From assembly GCA_025603075.1 (NCBI GenBank), contig MU626371.1, positions 4,276 to 68,275 of the forward strand: DNA of 64,000 nt, read 5' to 3'. Position numbers and translations under genes: made by a program. Within the stretch, counting starts at the first letter, position 1. Each line of letters opens with the position of its first letter. Positions 13,635-26,625 of the stretch are shown one piece after another. The notes under the pieces were generated by a model. That model made no database searches and was not told the origin of the DNA. It was given only the letters and a program-made list of their open reading frames with translations. The DNA comes from Neoconidiobolus thromboides FSU 785. Its lineage: Eukaryota > Fungi > Entomophthoromycota.

Positions 13635-13836
13635 ATTTTTAACCTATCACGACTTTAGCAAGAAAATTTAAACAAACTAAAGTAGAATCTTCATTAAGGA
13701 TTATCATTAAAATGAACAAATTTAGAAAATTATATGGAAATTTTTATTTTGTTCATTTTAATGATAATCCTTAATGAAGATTCTACTTTAGTTTGTTTAA
13801 ATTTTCTTCTTGCTAAGGCCGTGATAGGTTAAAAAT
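13635..13836. repeat. Near-perfect inverted repeat (~86-89 bp arms, 27-nt loop)
   Basis: 13635-13720 is the reverse complement of 13748-13836 apart from 2 substitutions and one 3-nt indel. Confidence 0.95.
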
Positions 13837-15120
13837 TCTACACAATTAAGATTTTTAATGATCAAATTATAAAGTTCTTAAATATTTCATTAAGTAAGCA
13901 ACAGTTTTTATATTTAATAAGCATTGTTTTTTATTTTAAAAAACAAAACTAAAAATTCTATCTAAACAGGAAACATCAATGAGAAGGGTTATAAGAGGGA
14001 TTCACAAGAAGCGAAAGATTAGTTAAGGAGGAAAGGCTAATTGAAAATCAACTATAAATCAACTATAAATCAACTATTAATTTTGAAAAGCCCTTATAAC
14101 AACTACCCTTGTTTTCTGCCTATACCGCAATTATTACACAATGTGGGTTTTTCTAAGATAAATATTTTTAGGAAGCTATCTGATAATATCATTTATAAAT
14201 TCTTTTTTTATAGGCAAAACTAGGTGGTAGACATATACAATTGCTACAGATAAAGTTTCTTATTGAAAAAGAGTTTCTCATTTTAAACAGTAGGTACATT
14301 TGCTGCTACAACCAGGATCAAATTGATATTTAAAAAAAAGAAACATATAGCAGCGTAGATTTGATAAAGCAGAAAAGCGTATAATTTATTTAATATAGAA
14401 ACAAAAAGATGGATTTTAAATTAACTTTGTTACTTGACCTTTAAAGCTTGCTAATATATATAATATTGTATACTGGTTTCATTCAAAATGATTGATGATT
14501 TTAAATACACTATGATAGATTTATCTCATGAAAATTTTAGTTTGTTGCTTTTTGGTAAGTTAAACCTGATTAGACTAGCAAGCAAATTTCAAAGGTGGTA
14601 AACTCTGAAAATAAAAAGCAAAATTGGGTCATGATTATTATACTGGGGGAAAACCTAATTTCAATAACTCTAAAAATGTATGGAATGTTGTGCTTAAAAA
14701 TAAGCTATTTTATTTTTCTCAATCGGTAACAATAAGAATTTTTATTTATTATTTATGAACTTCGATCAATTAGGCATATTCTGTACAATAATCTTTTACA
14801 CAGATGGTAGTATAATATTTAGAAAACGTTTGAATGTCATATTTTTAATTTTCTAAAATTTTATTTTCACATTGTTTACTCATTATTTTAGCTTATCCTT
14901 AAAAGTTGTAATTGTTTTGATTTAGCAAAACTGATTGGTATTTTTAAATGAAAAGCAACAAAACTGCTTATAGAACCAATAATGTTTTAGTGCCATAGAA
15001 ACAGTTTACGTCAATTTGCCGAAAAAATGCAAAGGATAAAAAGAAAAATCACAATCGTTCATTTAAACTAGATAAGTTCAAATAAAAAAAATTTCTACTA
15101 TTTATTAACTTTATCTCTAA

Positions 15121-16485
15121 ATGACATTAAGGCTTGAACAACTACCAGATAATAATTTAAAAGAGATCTTTAAACTAATATATCCCAACGAATTATTTAA
15201 TCTACGTTTTTTAAAGAAGCGATTTTTTAAGGTTATAGAAAGTGTGATTGAATATAATTTGATTTATTCGACTTACGGTGAGTTTGAAGAGTACCAATCT
15301 CACCAAGAGAAGTTTATCAAAGGTAATGGTTTATTGATCAAGCATTTAAGCATAAATAGTAATACTATTGAATGTCTAAATTATTGTCCCAATGTATTAT
15401 CAATAAAATACACAGAGACACCCGGAAATTATAATTTCAAGGAAGGTGTGTTAGATGTTAAACTACCAAAGTTAAAAAAGTTAGTTATTGAATCTCCCAA
15501 ATATATAGAAGTATTTGAATTGTTTAAAATGAGTTTAAAGCAGCTTGAGGTGGTCGAAGTTAGTGGCGATATTATAATCGTTTATGATCTTATAAAATAT
15601 TTGAATCCAAATAAGCTCAGATCCCTTTTACTAGACACAAATTTTAATTATCTATACCTATATGGATTAGATATTATTAAGAAGGAATTTAAAAAATTAA
15701 GGAAATTAGAATTACGCGCCATCTCATATTTTTATGCTACTGATAATTGGATTAATCTAGATGCCAATTACAAACTAAAAGTAGAAAATGATCCAAGTAT
15801 AAACTTTAATCCTGATTTGGAGTTAGACATCAGGGTGAATTTGGATTATGTCAATGAAATTAACGTGTTTGGTGATTTAAAAAAAATAAAGAGTGTGAAA
15901 ATAGTAGATTACGAGGGCAAATATCTTGATAGTGATAATGCAGATAACGATTTAAAAACATTTGAAGGCAGTAACATTGTTAGCTTGGGCCATTTTTACC
16001 CAACCGATTCAGGTGGTACAGTTAATTACAAATTTTTAAGGCTTTCGAGTCTAAAGGAAATTACTGTTAGTGGAATATCAAAGGAATTATTTAAACAAGT
16101 TTCATTACTATCACACATCCAACATTTATATATCAATTTAGTTGAGTCTAATATCAATGAAATATTTGACGATTTCGATTTAAGCAATGACGATATTTAT
16201 AACTTAAAGTATGATTCTCTTAGGTGTAACTCCGTAAAACAGATTACAATTGAATCTTTTGTTGACTCGTTCAACCATTTTCTTTGCTTTTTATCTCTTT
16301 TTCCAGCCCTTGAGGTACTTAAAGTTGATTATTTTAAGTTAGAGAGTATCGATATGAGTATCAATTTTAAACCCAGTACTGGCGTTCCTGTATTAGTTAT
16401 TATAAGGCGTATACGTGATATTGATGAAGCTGATTTTAATAAATTGAAAAAAGAAGCTTCAATATTAAACTGGATGTCGTTGTAA
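15121..16485 (+). CDS. Intronless F-box-like / LRR-like protein
   Basis: N-terminal LEQLPDNNLKEIFKLI...LRFLKKRF F-box-like pattern followed by degenerate LxxLxL repeats. Confidence 0.75.
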   Translation: MTLRLEQLPDNNLKEIFKLIYPNELFNLRFLKKRFFKVIESVIEYNLIYSTYGEFEEYQSHQEKFIKGNGLLIKHLSINSNTIECLNYCPNVLSIKYTETPGNYNFKEGVLDVKLPKLKKLVIESPKYIEVFELFKMSLKQLEVVEVSGDIIIVYDLIKYLNPNKLRSLLLDTNFNYLYLYGLDIIKKEFKKLRKLELRAISYFYATDNWINLDANYKLKVENDPSINFNPDLELDIRVNLDYVNEINVFGDLKKIKSVKIVDYEGKYLDSDNADNDLKTFEGSNIVSLGHFYPTDSGGTVNYKFLRLSSLKEITVSGISKELFKQVSLLSHIQHLYINLVESNINEIFDDFDLSNDDIYNLKYDSLRCNSVKQITIESFVDSFNHFLCFLSLFPALEVLKVDYFKLESIDMSINFKPSTGVPVLVIIRRIRDIDEADFNKLKKEASILNWMSL

Positions 16486-16933
16486 TAAAATTTTTTAGTG
16501 GAATATTCTATTGTTACACTTTATAGTAGATAAGTATTTGATAATTGAAAAGTAGGTTTTAAAGTCCATGTATAAGATAATATTTTTAAGCTTTAGCCCA
16601 CTATTAAATATGATGTAAAGAACTTTGCTAGTAGTGATACTTGTCTAAGCGGTTAGCTTCTTTCTTGGTAGTTTAGAAGGTATATTGAAGCATTTAATAT
16701 AATGTAAGTAAGATTTTGATGAGATTGAGATGAAACACGGTGTTGGTAAGATCAGAATGTAATTAAAATGTTTTGTGCAAAGTGCGGTTTATTTATAAGG
16801 TTTTAATGGTTTATGATAGTTTGGGTATTTGGTAAGGGGTGTTCTCTAAGGCGAACCAGTCCCATATAGTCACATTTTCTTTTTAAGTAGATTATTGGAG
16901 ATAAAATAGTTTAAAAATAAAATTGCCTCTTAA

Positions 16934-17030
16934 TATAGGGATGTTTTTAAGGGTTTTAGTGATAGTTTTTCCACTTAAATAGCGTTTAAAAATGGAAAAA
17001 GTGATGGAACAAAAAACACTCATTCCATAT
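16934..17030 (+). mobile_element. ~105-bp MITE-like element, copy 4 (diverged)
   Basis: TATAGGGATGTTTTT...TTTTTCCACTTAAATAGCGTTTAAAAATGGAAAAAG...CATTCCATAT. Confidence 0.7.
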
Positions 17031-17486
17031 GTTTTTTAATATAGTAATGAAATTTATAGGGTATAGTAATTTAGGAGTATACTAACAGTAACGGTATAAG
17101 AAATCTAATGCACTATGAATCTGACAGTATCTCATTTTCATACCAGTTTCCAATTTTTTCAAAAATTTATTTGTCAGATAGAATAATTTAGCTTGTTTTA
17201 CTGTCACTTATTTTTGAAAAAATTTGACTTAATCAGTAGCTCAATCTATTCACTAGTAAGGGCTTTTTTATTAACAGGTAAGCTTAAAAATAATCTAACA
17301 AAGCTCAGATAAAAATATTGTACCATACTTTTTATAAAAAGCATAAATAAAATGTATTATTTTGAGCCTGGAGTTTAAGAATTTTATAAAATCTATTGGC
17401 TAAATCGAAGGAATTTTATCTCAACTTAAATTTAATCTATATTTCAAAACTAACACATTTATAAACTTCTTTTTAAAATAATACAA

Positions 17487-18318
17487 ATGGATAAAGAAAA
17501 TTATCAAACAGCAACATTAGAGAGCAAAATCAAAACTACACTAAAGCAGACTGGATTAGCAGGTAAATCTACAAAGGAAATATCAAAACATATCAATAAC
17601 TAAAGTATTTTAGCTGCTACTGGTATGACAATAGGAACAGTATTAAGCATGAGTTTATTGAAACCAAACGCATTTAAGAATGGATTAAAGATGGGTGCCA
17701 ATTGGGGAATGCTGGGCTTAGTCTTTTTTAGTACTTTTATTTTATCTTTATATCACATACATATTAATTTTATTAAGCTATGAGAAATAATATGTCTGCA
17801 AGACAAGATGAACGTAATTTTTATAAAGGCTTGAAAAAAGGAGTGACTAGAGATACTGATGATTTATACATATCAACCATATCTGGAATGGCAACTGGTG
17901 GATTAATGTCTGGATTAATATGTAAGTAAATTGATAGTATTAAATTATGATAATAATATTTTTAGTTGGTAGTAAAAAAATAGCACCTGGAATGTTTTAT
18001 TATGGACTCGGAGCTAGTGCATTGCAAATGGTATATACGACATTAAATAATTACCGTAAGCAAAAGATATTGAATGACCAAAGCGTTACATCAACTTTAC
18101 CTGATTATTCAATGAAAAATGTTGTGGATTCTATTCTTACTTCTTTACCAGAATCTTTCCCTGTTTCAAAAGTCGATGATAAAAGATATTTGACTGTTTT
18201 AGAAGATAAATTAAATAACTTGGAACAAGAATTAGCAGAGGTTAACAAAGAGCTAACCGAAATTAATCCAATTTTATTAGAATTAATTAAAAAAAGACCA
18301 AATAAAATAGAAGAATAA
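17487..18318 (+). CDS. Tim17/Tim22/Tim23-family mitochondrial inner-membrane protein, 4 exons
   Basis: Gly-rich TM segments (AATGMTIGTVL, GANWGMLGLVF, ISGMATGGLMSG, PGMFYYGLGASALQ) plus a C-terminal coiled coil. Confidence 0.7.
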
Positions 18319-18367
18319 AATATAATTTATTAGCAAATACTTTTATTATCGTTTAACTTTAATAGAT

Positions 18368-19860
18368 CTAATTTTTTATATCAAATTTAGGTGGTGGATA
18401 TTTTAAGTACTCATATGAGCCTACAGATTGATGCACTTTATATAAATTCCATAGACTATCACTTATCATTAATTCATGTATAAACTTTCTAAAATTTTTT
18501 AAAGACAACGAGTTCAAATGATAGTCATACCACGTATTATATTCCTCTATAAACTTCAGTCCTTTTTTACCCTTTTCATTCGCTTCTGTCAAATTCGCAT
18601 AATATTGGGTATATCCTAATAATTCTCCATCAAATGGGGTATATATATAATATCTAAGAGCTGGGTGATTATATGGCGTTATACTTGGACCAGTTGTCAT
18701 TATATTTACAATATTTTTATCTTTCCAAGTATATTCTGGCCTGTCATCTCCAGTCAAAGTAATAAATTCATATTTATTGTGCTTTTTATTACTGGTTATA
18801 AATGAAATAACATCCGCTAAAATAATATTAAATATTAAGATAAATATAGTAAAACAATGTACTTACTATTTGTGTGGCCCCAAAATAAACTTACAATATT
18901 CCCTGAATACTGTCCAACCAAGTTAATTAATTTATTATAACATTCTTTTTTTAAAATTCTACGATTTAACTCATCATGAGGTGGTATATGACCCATAACA
19001 TAAGCTTTAAGATCATTTTCCTTTATCCAGGTTAGTTTTTCTTCCAACCAATGTAGCATAATAGTTGCTGGTGAACTTGGGTCACTACAATCTGCGACTT
19101 CTTTATTTGCAACATATAAATACATTGAATTTATGTTGAGTAGCTTAAGTTTAGTACTAAAACCAAAATCCTGAGCCCAATACCCGCCTTTCAAAAAGGT
19201 GTCTTTCTCTTTTTCGCTATTGTAAAAGCTAAGCAGCTTGTTTGGCTTCCATAAATCAAATAAAGTCTTAAAAATTTTATCATTAGCAGTTAAGGCATTA
19301 TGTTCAATAACATCGTTATTTCCAATAGTAGGGATTAAAATTGTTCTTGATAAATTAAAATTCTTATTAAAGTAATCAAAAACTAAATTATGGTCTGTCA
19401 AAACTTGCTCTTTTGTTCTTGGTGCCTTTTTGTCTCTATTATGTCTAGAACTATCTCCAGTGTAAATAATAAAATCAACATTATGAAATCGATTATTTAT
19501 GTATTCAAAAGATTCTTCTACTAATATATCTGGACTATCGCAGCGAGATCCCAATGCACCGTATATTCCAGCAATATTTTTGGCTCCGTCGCTGTTTTTT
19601 CGGTGACATAATTCATCTGGATCACTACCGTTCATGTAATCAGGGTCAATATGAATATCTTTGAAAATTAACATTAATAAAATATAACTTTTTATCCATT
19701 TACCTGTAATATGTAAGAATGTACCATTGGCTTTTTTCACTGAATATTCTCTTGATTCACATATATTTAATTTAGTGAATCTAGGATGTATTCCGTATAT
19801 GTTTTTTGAAGTAATAACATATAAGTGCAACAAAAACAATGTTAGGTACTTGAACTTCAT
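18368..19860 (-). CDS. PPN1: Endopolyphosphatase Ppn1 / acid-sphingomyelinase-like metallophosphoesterase
   Basis: Calcineurin-like motifs HIT|DIHID (split by a 45-nt stop-free intron), TGDSSRH, GNND, GHIPP, GHTN, GPSITP; N-terminal hydrophobic segment. Confidence 0.85.
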
Positions 19861-20031
19861 TCTATAATTATAAAAAAAGGCTAATCCTTAGATTCAAGTT
19901 ATGCAATTTTTAAATTAAAATTTAATTTTGGGGATTCATTATGCGAAATTTGGGTTTAAACGCATGGAAAGGTATTTTAAATAATCGACCTATAAGTTAA
20001 AGCTTAACTCTTTCTTTATATATTAAAAGGA

Positions 20032-21281
20032 ATGGACTTTCAATCAACTTTATCTTCCGCCTTCACTTCACAATTATATATGTTGGCTTTACCAGTCAGT
20101 ATATATTTAGTGATGAAATTAATAGGATACGTAGCAAATAGGTTAATAAGTCAAGATACTTTAAATAAATGGTTTAAACCGAAAGAAGAAAAGGAGCATG
20201 TGCCTGAAAAACCAAAAAGGCCAAAGTTAAATACTGGTCCATATATCGATAAACCTTCTGAGGAAGAGCCTTATTTACCCAATAACATTAATCCATTAAT
20301 TCAAATTATAAAGAGACAGAATCAAGATAGAGGCTTAACAGAATCTGGATGGTTAAAATCACATCACACTTTCCAATTTGGGAAGTATATAGATGATAGA
20401 TATATTGGACATGGATCTTTAAGAGTCTTTAATGAAGATTTCATTAGCCCAGGTAAATAGAATTTTTAATTTTTAATACTTATAATATCACTTGTTAATA
20501 TTAAATTTATTAGGTAAAGGATTTCCACAACTTTTAAGAAAAGATTTTGAAATCGTTACTATTGTTTTGAAAGGAACTTTGAATCATTATGACTGTAAGC
20601 TTTAATATTATAATTGAATGTTTGTACTAAAAAGGAATAGCTATTGACAACAACTTAAGTTTAGATGCAGGAAGTTGCCAATTAATGACATGTGGAAATG
20701 GAATAAAACACCTTGAAGAAAATGGAAGTTATGATGATACTTTGCAATACTTACAGCTATGGTTTGCACCTAGTTTTTCAGATTTGGAAAGTAGCTACTC
20801 TCATAAGAAATTCGACTTTGAGTATACTAAAAACAAAATGATACCTTTGATATCCCCATACCATAAAGTAGATAAAGTTCCAATTACTCATATACAAGTT
20901 GAAGACGAAAAAAGTAAAAAAAACAAAATAAAAAATGATAAAGGTGAAACAAAAACTGAAGTAAAAGAAGTTAAAAAAGAACTTGAAAATGAAACTAAGA
21001 TAAAAAATACTTTGGGAATAAACTCGGATTCATATATATATTATTCCCAGTTAGAGCCAGGGAAAAAAGTAATTTGCGAAATGCAAAACGGAACCAAAAG
21101 GAAAGGATATGTACACCATATCTCTGATGACGATAGTTCATCTTTGTTATCCATTAATTATGAGCAAAGGTTAAAACCAGGGGATGGTGCTTTTATTGGT
21201 GGACTAACTGACGTTGAGTCTTTGGAGTTCAAAAATTTAGGTGATAGTAATGCTGTATTTATTGTTATTGACATGGCTTAA
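20032..21281 (+). CDS. Pirin/YhhW-like cupin protein with N-terminal hydrophobic anchor, 3 exons
   Basis: DRGLTESGWLKSHHTFQFG, LRVFNED, QLMTCGNGIKHLE, LQLW and the C-terminal GDGAFI pattern follow the YhhW/pirin order. Confidence 0.85.
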
Positions 21282-21580
21282 TTCAGGGATTTTTAATCCA
21301 TCTTCCTATTATTGACTTAAATTAACTATTATGCATAATAAAGATTCAATCAGTATCTATTTGTATTATTATTATTACCTATAAACTTAATAAAAAATTC
21401 ATGACGTCAATCTCCCTGTGGCGAAAAACTGTGAAATTTTCAATTTACAGCCATTTAAAACTCAGCATCCTATTGGCTATAGCATAAGCAAACTAAAAAT
21501 CGACAAAAAATGGATAAATATAGGTCAAACATAAAAAGCTTAGAAACCAATCTTTGATACAAATAGTTTACAATTCAACT

Positions 21581-23949
21581 ATGTTTTCCTCAATATTTGG
21601 CTATAACCCTTTGGACGAGTTGATAGGTAACCTCAATATCTAGTAAAAGTTTTTTTTGGTTTTAATTTAGTTTAAAGATAAGGCGACCTCCGAAAATCTA
21701 CCAAGTGGCCAAGAAGACATTGCTTTAAACTTAGAAATAAGTGACCAGATAAGGTCAAAAACGTTTAACCCAAAAGATGTAATAACTTCATTAAGGCGCA
21801 GACTAAGGCATGCTAACCCAAATGTACAATTACTAGCTTTAACAGTAAGTAGCAACTCGTATAATAAGTTATGATTTATAACTTTTTGATTAGTTAGCTG
21901 ATACTTGTGTGAAGAACGCTGGAGATTTATTTTTAAAAGAATTAGCTAGTAGAGAATTTATGGATGATTTAGTCTCAATATTAAAGCACCCAGTAAATAT
22001 AATACAGTTATTTAATTACTCATAGCTCAATTATATTTGATTATAGGGTGGTATAAATCCACAAGTAAAAACGCGATTATTAGAATCTATTCAAAGCTGG
22101 TCCATTTCATTTAAGGGCAGATCTGATTTGATATATACCTCTCAAATCTTTGGTGCTTTGAAGGCTCAAGGCTATATTTTCCCACCTCCAGAAAGTTTAT
22201 CAAGTGCAATGATTGATACTAAAATAGTAATACCATTTATTATTATTTTAATTGTGCCTAATTTTTATAGGCCCCAGAATGGACAGACTCAGAAGTTTGT
22301 ATGAGATGTAGAACCGCATTTACTTTTACTAATAGAAAGGTAGATATTTTGACTAAATGTTGAAGATTCGAGTTTAAATATCATTTAGCATCATTGTCGT
22401 AACTGTGGTCAAACATTCTGCCAAACATGTTCCAGCAATAGTGTTCCACTTCCACATTTCGGGATAAATGACCCCGTAAGAGTATGTACTGGGTGTTACC
22501 TTGGACTCAAAAGGGTGAATAACGAGTAAGAAAATAGTCATATTGATATTTACAAATAATAATTACATTTAATAGCTCAACATCTCTTTCACTCTCAGAG
22601 TTTATTTCCACAGAAACTCCACCCAACGCAAATAATCCAGAAACTAAAGCTAATAACTATGCTGATATGAACTCTTCTGATTTTGATGCTGATTTAAGGA
22701 AAGCAATAGAACTTTCACTTACGGAAGCCAAAAAAAACGCATCAGACAAAGAAACATATATCGATTACCATGAAGTGAAAAAGCCTGAAATAAATCAAGA
22801 AGAAGATCCAGATTTAGCAGCTGCAATTGCTGCTTCTCTGAAAGATATGGAAATATCTCAACATAGAGTTAATAACAATTCAAACTATTTACCCGATGAG
22901 ATTACAAGGGTATGTATCGTATTAAGTTACGTTATATTATAATTTTTAATCACAAAATATTTAGAAGGAAAGCTTTAAGCCAGAATTACCTCATTTTAAT
23001 CTTTCAGATAAAGAACTTCAAAATTTATCATTATTCTCCAAATTGATTGAAACAATTGATCTCAATCATGGTCGTATTGATCCTTCCATACATGTAATTT
23101 TAATTTAATTTAATTGACATCGCATTAATCTTTAATTTAGAATCTTTATGCAGATATAAGTAGTTTAGCTCCAAAGCTAGCTTTGAGTATAAACGATTCA
23201 ACTTATAAGCATGGTAATTACCTTGTTTTTATAACATTTATAAATATTAAAGTTACTAGGTCATTTTACTGACCTTCAAAATAAACTTAGCTCGGCAGTC
23301 AAAATGTATGACTCTTTATTAGAGAAAAGCATGTATAAAAGACATTATGGATTAAGCAGTACGCCTAATTCTAATCATTATACTTATGGAACCGTAAGTG
23401 TATACTAACGAATAATTATTATAATACTAAATTCTATAGGCCCCAACAGCACCAATTAATCAATTTCAGCATAGTGTACCAAGCTCCTATATAGATCCTT
23501 CAAGAGCGGATGGAAATCCTCATTATCCTCACCATCCTGCGGGTCATGCGCCTTCGCCACATGAATATAATTACCATTCAGCAGAAACTTCCTCACATTA
23601 CCCTTCTCCAGGAGCTCCATCCCACCCTTATAATAATACACCATCAAATATTCCTTCACAAGTTGCCTATCAACACAATCCGTCTGTACCTAGAGCACCC
23701 ATTCATCCACATTACCAACCTGACTCATCTGCTCCTAGTGCCCCCTCTTATTATAATCATAGTGTCGGTACGACACCAAACTCACAAGTGCATCCTGCTT
23801 ATCCCTCTTATCAGCCTAATGTACCAGGAACACCAGGATATCATGAGAATCCTGCTTATCCCCAGGCCGCAACAAATCAGCACCAAGACCCCAACAACCA
23901 CCCACAACCCCAATCTGCACCTCAGGATACACCATTAATTGAACTGTAA
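21581..23949 (+). CDS. VPS27: ESCRT-0 subunit Vps27/Hrs (VHS-FYVE-UIM-UIM), multi-exon
   Basis: VHS (TSENL...[14 protein letters not shown]), FYVE ([10 protein letters not shown]...RKHHCRNCG), two UIMs ([20 protein letters not shown]), Pro/Tyr-rich tail ending PLIEL. Confidence 0.92.
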
Positions 23950-24411
23950 TTTTTTGTTATTTTGATTAAATTTATATTTTTATCTAATTTATCCATAAGC
24001 CAAAACTACTATTATTAAATTCGTGGATTCTACTTTTTATAAAATATTTCTATAACTATTCTATTTCTTTTAATATAGGGTAGGTTTATAAAAAATAAAT
24101 ATAAAACTTAAAATGATTAATATAGAGTTATCTGGTTTCTTTGTTTTGTTTAATTTTTAAGTGCCAATAAATGGGAAAATTATTAGTGGAACTTTTAAAA
24201 AACATACCCATATATTAATATTTTATGTTAATATATATCCAAATAGTGTTTACATTGAAGGCTTGAGGTTTCTTAAGAAACTGACTATCAAATAAATGCC
24301 ATAAGAAATATCAAATTATAGTAATACTTTCAAAGGTTAAGACTATTAGAATTTAGTAATTAGAGAAAGCAATCAAATATTTAAGGCTTTATATCAGCTT
24401 AAAATTGCATT

Positions 24412-25240
24412 TAAAAATTAATAACTATAGTATACAATATATTGATTTATTTTAACTATTACTTACAATATTTAAAGTTTAAGAACCTTCAAAATAGTTC
24501 TTTTAAGAGGTGAGCGTCCTTTAACTTTTGTCTTACCAGCTTCATCTTCAGAGCCTTCACCTGCAAATGTGACCATTCTATCAAAAACCTCTTCCTCAAT
24601 TCCATCGATTTCTGCTTCAAGCTCTTTATCTCTACCTTCCTTGTTTTTAACCACTTCTCTGTAATAATATTCACAATCATGAAGTAAATCTGTCAATTCT
24701 TTTACAGTTGCAGCTGAGTTGAAACGTTTATCATAGTTACACAACTCATAGATAGTGGCTTTACCGTCATTGGTTACAACTCCTTGATTAAACTCACGTT
24801 TAATGCTAGAAAATAAGCCACGAATCGATAGAGTATTTACAGAAAGGGCGGCAGCAGAGAACAAAGCGATATTTAAAAATTTCATCTTGATTTGATTTAT
24901 ATACAATTGATAGGCAGATATATGATTCTTATTTAAAAAGTTTAGTTATATTTGAATGTTTTTTTTGACTATTTATAGCTAATTTTTTTCATTCATTTTA
25001 TTTCTCTATACTTTGAATAGTTTTATTTTAAAGGGATTATGGATGATAATAATTGTTAAACGGATAATTTAAACACTATACTCAAATTTAGTAGTTTCAC
25101 CATACTCTATTTGCAATAAACGGACTATTTATTGTTCTTAAAATGAAATTAATGTTACCTTACGGATATAATAAAGTCTATTATGTAACATTTCCTTTAG
25201 GCATCTAAAAACACGCTAAAATGGCTTTAAATATTTTGTC
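24412..25240. repeat. Segmental duplication, copy A (gene plus 3' and 5' flanks); copy B at ~27950-29020
   Basis: Shared non-coding text, e.g. TTTAAAAATTAATAACTA(T/C)AGTATAC...TTACTTACA and CGGATAATTTAAACA...TTTTGTCCA. Confidence 0.85.
24472..24885 (-). CDS. Small secreted protein with one helical module (137 aa from MKFLN)
   Basis: Signal peptide MKFLNIALFSAAALSVNT, KR site, intronless; paralog at 28009-28635. Confidence 0.85.
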   Translation of the reverse strand: MKFLNIALFSAAALSVNTLSIRGLFSSIKREFNQGVVTNDGKATIYELCNYDKRFNSAATVKELTDLLHDCEYYYREVVKNKEGRDKELEAEIDGIEEEVFDRMVTFAGEGSEDEAGKTKVKGRSPLKRTILKVLKL

Positions 25241-26520
25241 CATATTTTATTTAATGAAACTTTAAAGGTTGTAAGCTGAATATTAAGACAGAAAAGATTC
25301 ATACATATTATCCTTTTAGATCTATAATTTTAATAAAAACGCATAGAGCTAAGTAATGGTATATAAAGACTAGTTGAAAACACTGATAGTTTAATTCTTT
25401 TATGGCTCCTATCTCCAATTCTTTATTTGGATATATTTACTCCAAGCCTTTTAGCTTTTTATGTATGCTGGCTAAAAATAACGAAGTGACGTCAAGGATA
25501 TTATGAGAACAACAAAAGAAGCCTACTAAATTTGCAAGCCTCATGTGATATTTTACTTTTCATGATCTCTAAATTTTTTAGGTATAATCCCCAAGCTAAG
25601 TATCAAAACAATTCTACAAATAAATATCGCAATTCTTTGAATGCATGCATTCAGAATTTCAAAGGTTTGAATTTTTGTAGTTCTTATATATTTTGGCCGC
25701 GTCCAACTATTTTTGAAGTAATAACTCCACTTTTATTTCCTATCTCACTATCCTGCTGATTTCAAATTTTATCCATTAGTAAAATTTACTTCTGCTGCAA
25801 TTCTAATGGGACATTACTAATTAAAAACAAAATTTTCTCAAAACTATGCCAAAAACAGAAGCCAATTATTAAAAAAGCCAAACAAACGAATATTGATTCT
25901 AAAAGTTATCGCATATTAGATCGCAATAAAATTGCAACAGTGTACTATTTTCAGTCTTTAAAACCTTAAAGAATCAATCAACCCCAGCGATTTGCTATTT
26001 TAAAAAATCGAAATAATACAATAAAACAATATTTATATAAAAATACTTTCATAGCTTTCATAAACCCTTGCTGCTAATACCAGTCGAAATTTCCATGTGG
26101 TATTTCAAAATATTGGATTTTAAATTCTATTTTTAGATACTTTATCAACTAATAGCTTTTTATCGTAATAATAGACTTTAAAAACTCCTTCTTAATGTTG
26201 ATTGATTTATTGTCTGTTTTTAAATTATTATCTGTTAAATATCAAACAACTATCATATTTAAAGATCTAGCAAATGCTTTAATTAAAATGTTTTATTTTA
26301 TGAAATTTCAAGTTACAACGTATATTCCAATTTATTGATGGCATCTATAGGACCAAGGACTATACTAATTTTTGTGTATTGAAAAATTAGTTAGAATTAC
26401 ATTTACTGCTATAATGTCTTTATGTAAAAAACTTTTGGACTTATAAACTAAATAAATCTTAAAAATAATAGCAATCAAATTGGACAACTTTATTACAAAA
26501 TTGGTAAAATCAATTCAATA

Positions 26521-26625
26521 TATGGGGATGTATCTTTTTGCCTAGCAACTTTACTAACAATTTCTCTGCTCAAATAGCGCTTAAAAATAGAAAAAGTAAT
26601 GAGACCAGAAAAAATATCTCAATAT
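26521..26625 (+). mobile_element. ~105-bp MITE-like element, copy 5
   Basis: Consensus match. Confidence 0.8.

Noticed and set aside
14046-14080. Short tandem repeats (AATCAACTATA x3 here; AAGTATC x3 near 36235; AAAAAT runs in introns near 11980 and 46070)
   Set aside because: Ordinary slippage repeats with no supporting context.
17152-17224. 15-bp inverted repeat AATTTTTTCAAAAAT / ATTTTTGAAAAAATT
   Set aside because: Almost entirely A/T homopolymer; expected by chance at this composition.
19660-19710. Apparent GKWIKSYILLMLIFK insertion inside the first PPN1 metal-binding motif
   Set aside because: It is a 45-nt GT-AG intron with no in-frame stop; splicing restores HITDIHID.
23456-23938. 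ORFs 23510-23938 (+) and 23456-23659 (-)
   Set aside because: Off-frame and antisense readings of the Pro/Tyr-rich last exon of VPS27.
25532-25759. Short ORFs in island spacers (25532-25759, 34151-34387, 34594-34855, 33184-33435)
   Set aside because: Non-ATG starts or composition-driven I/F/L/N-rich peptides; 33184-33435 overlaps the tRNA; no paralogs or motifs.
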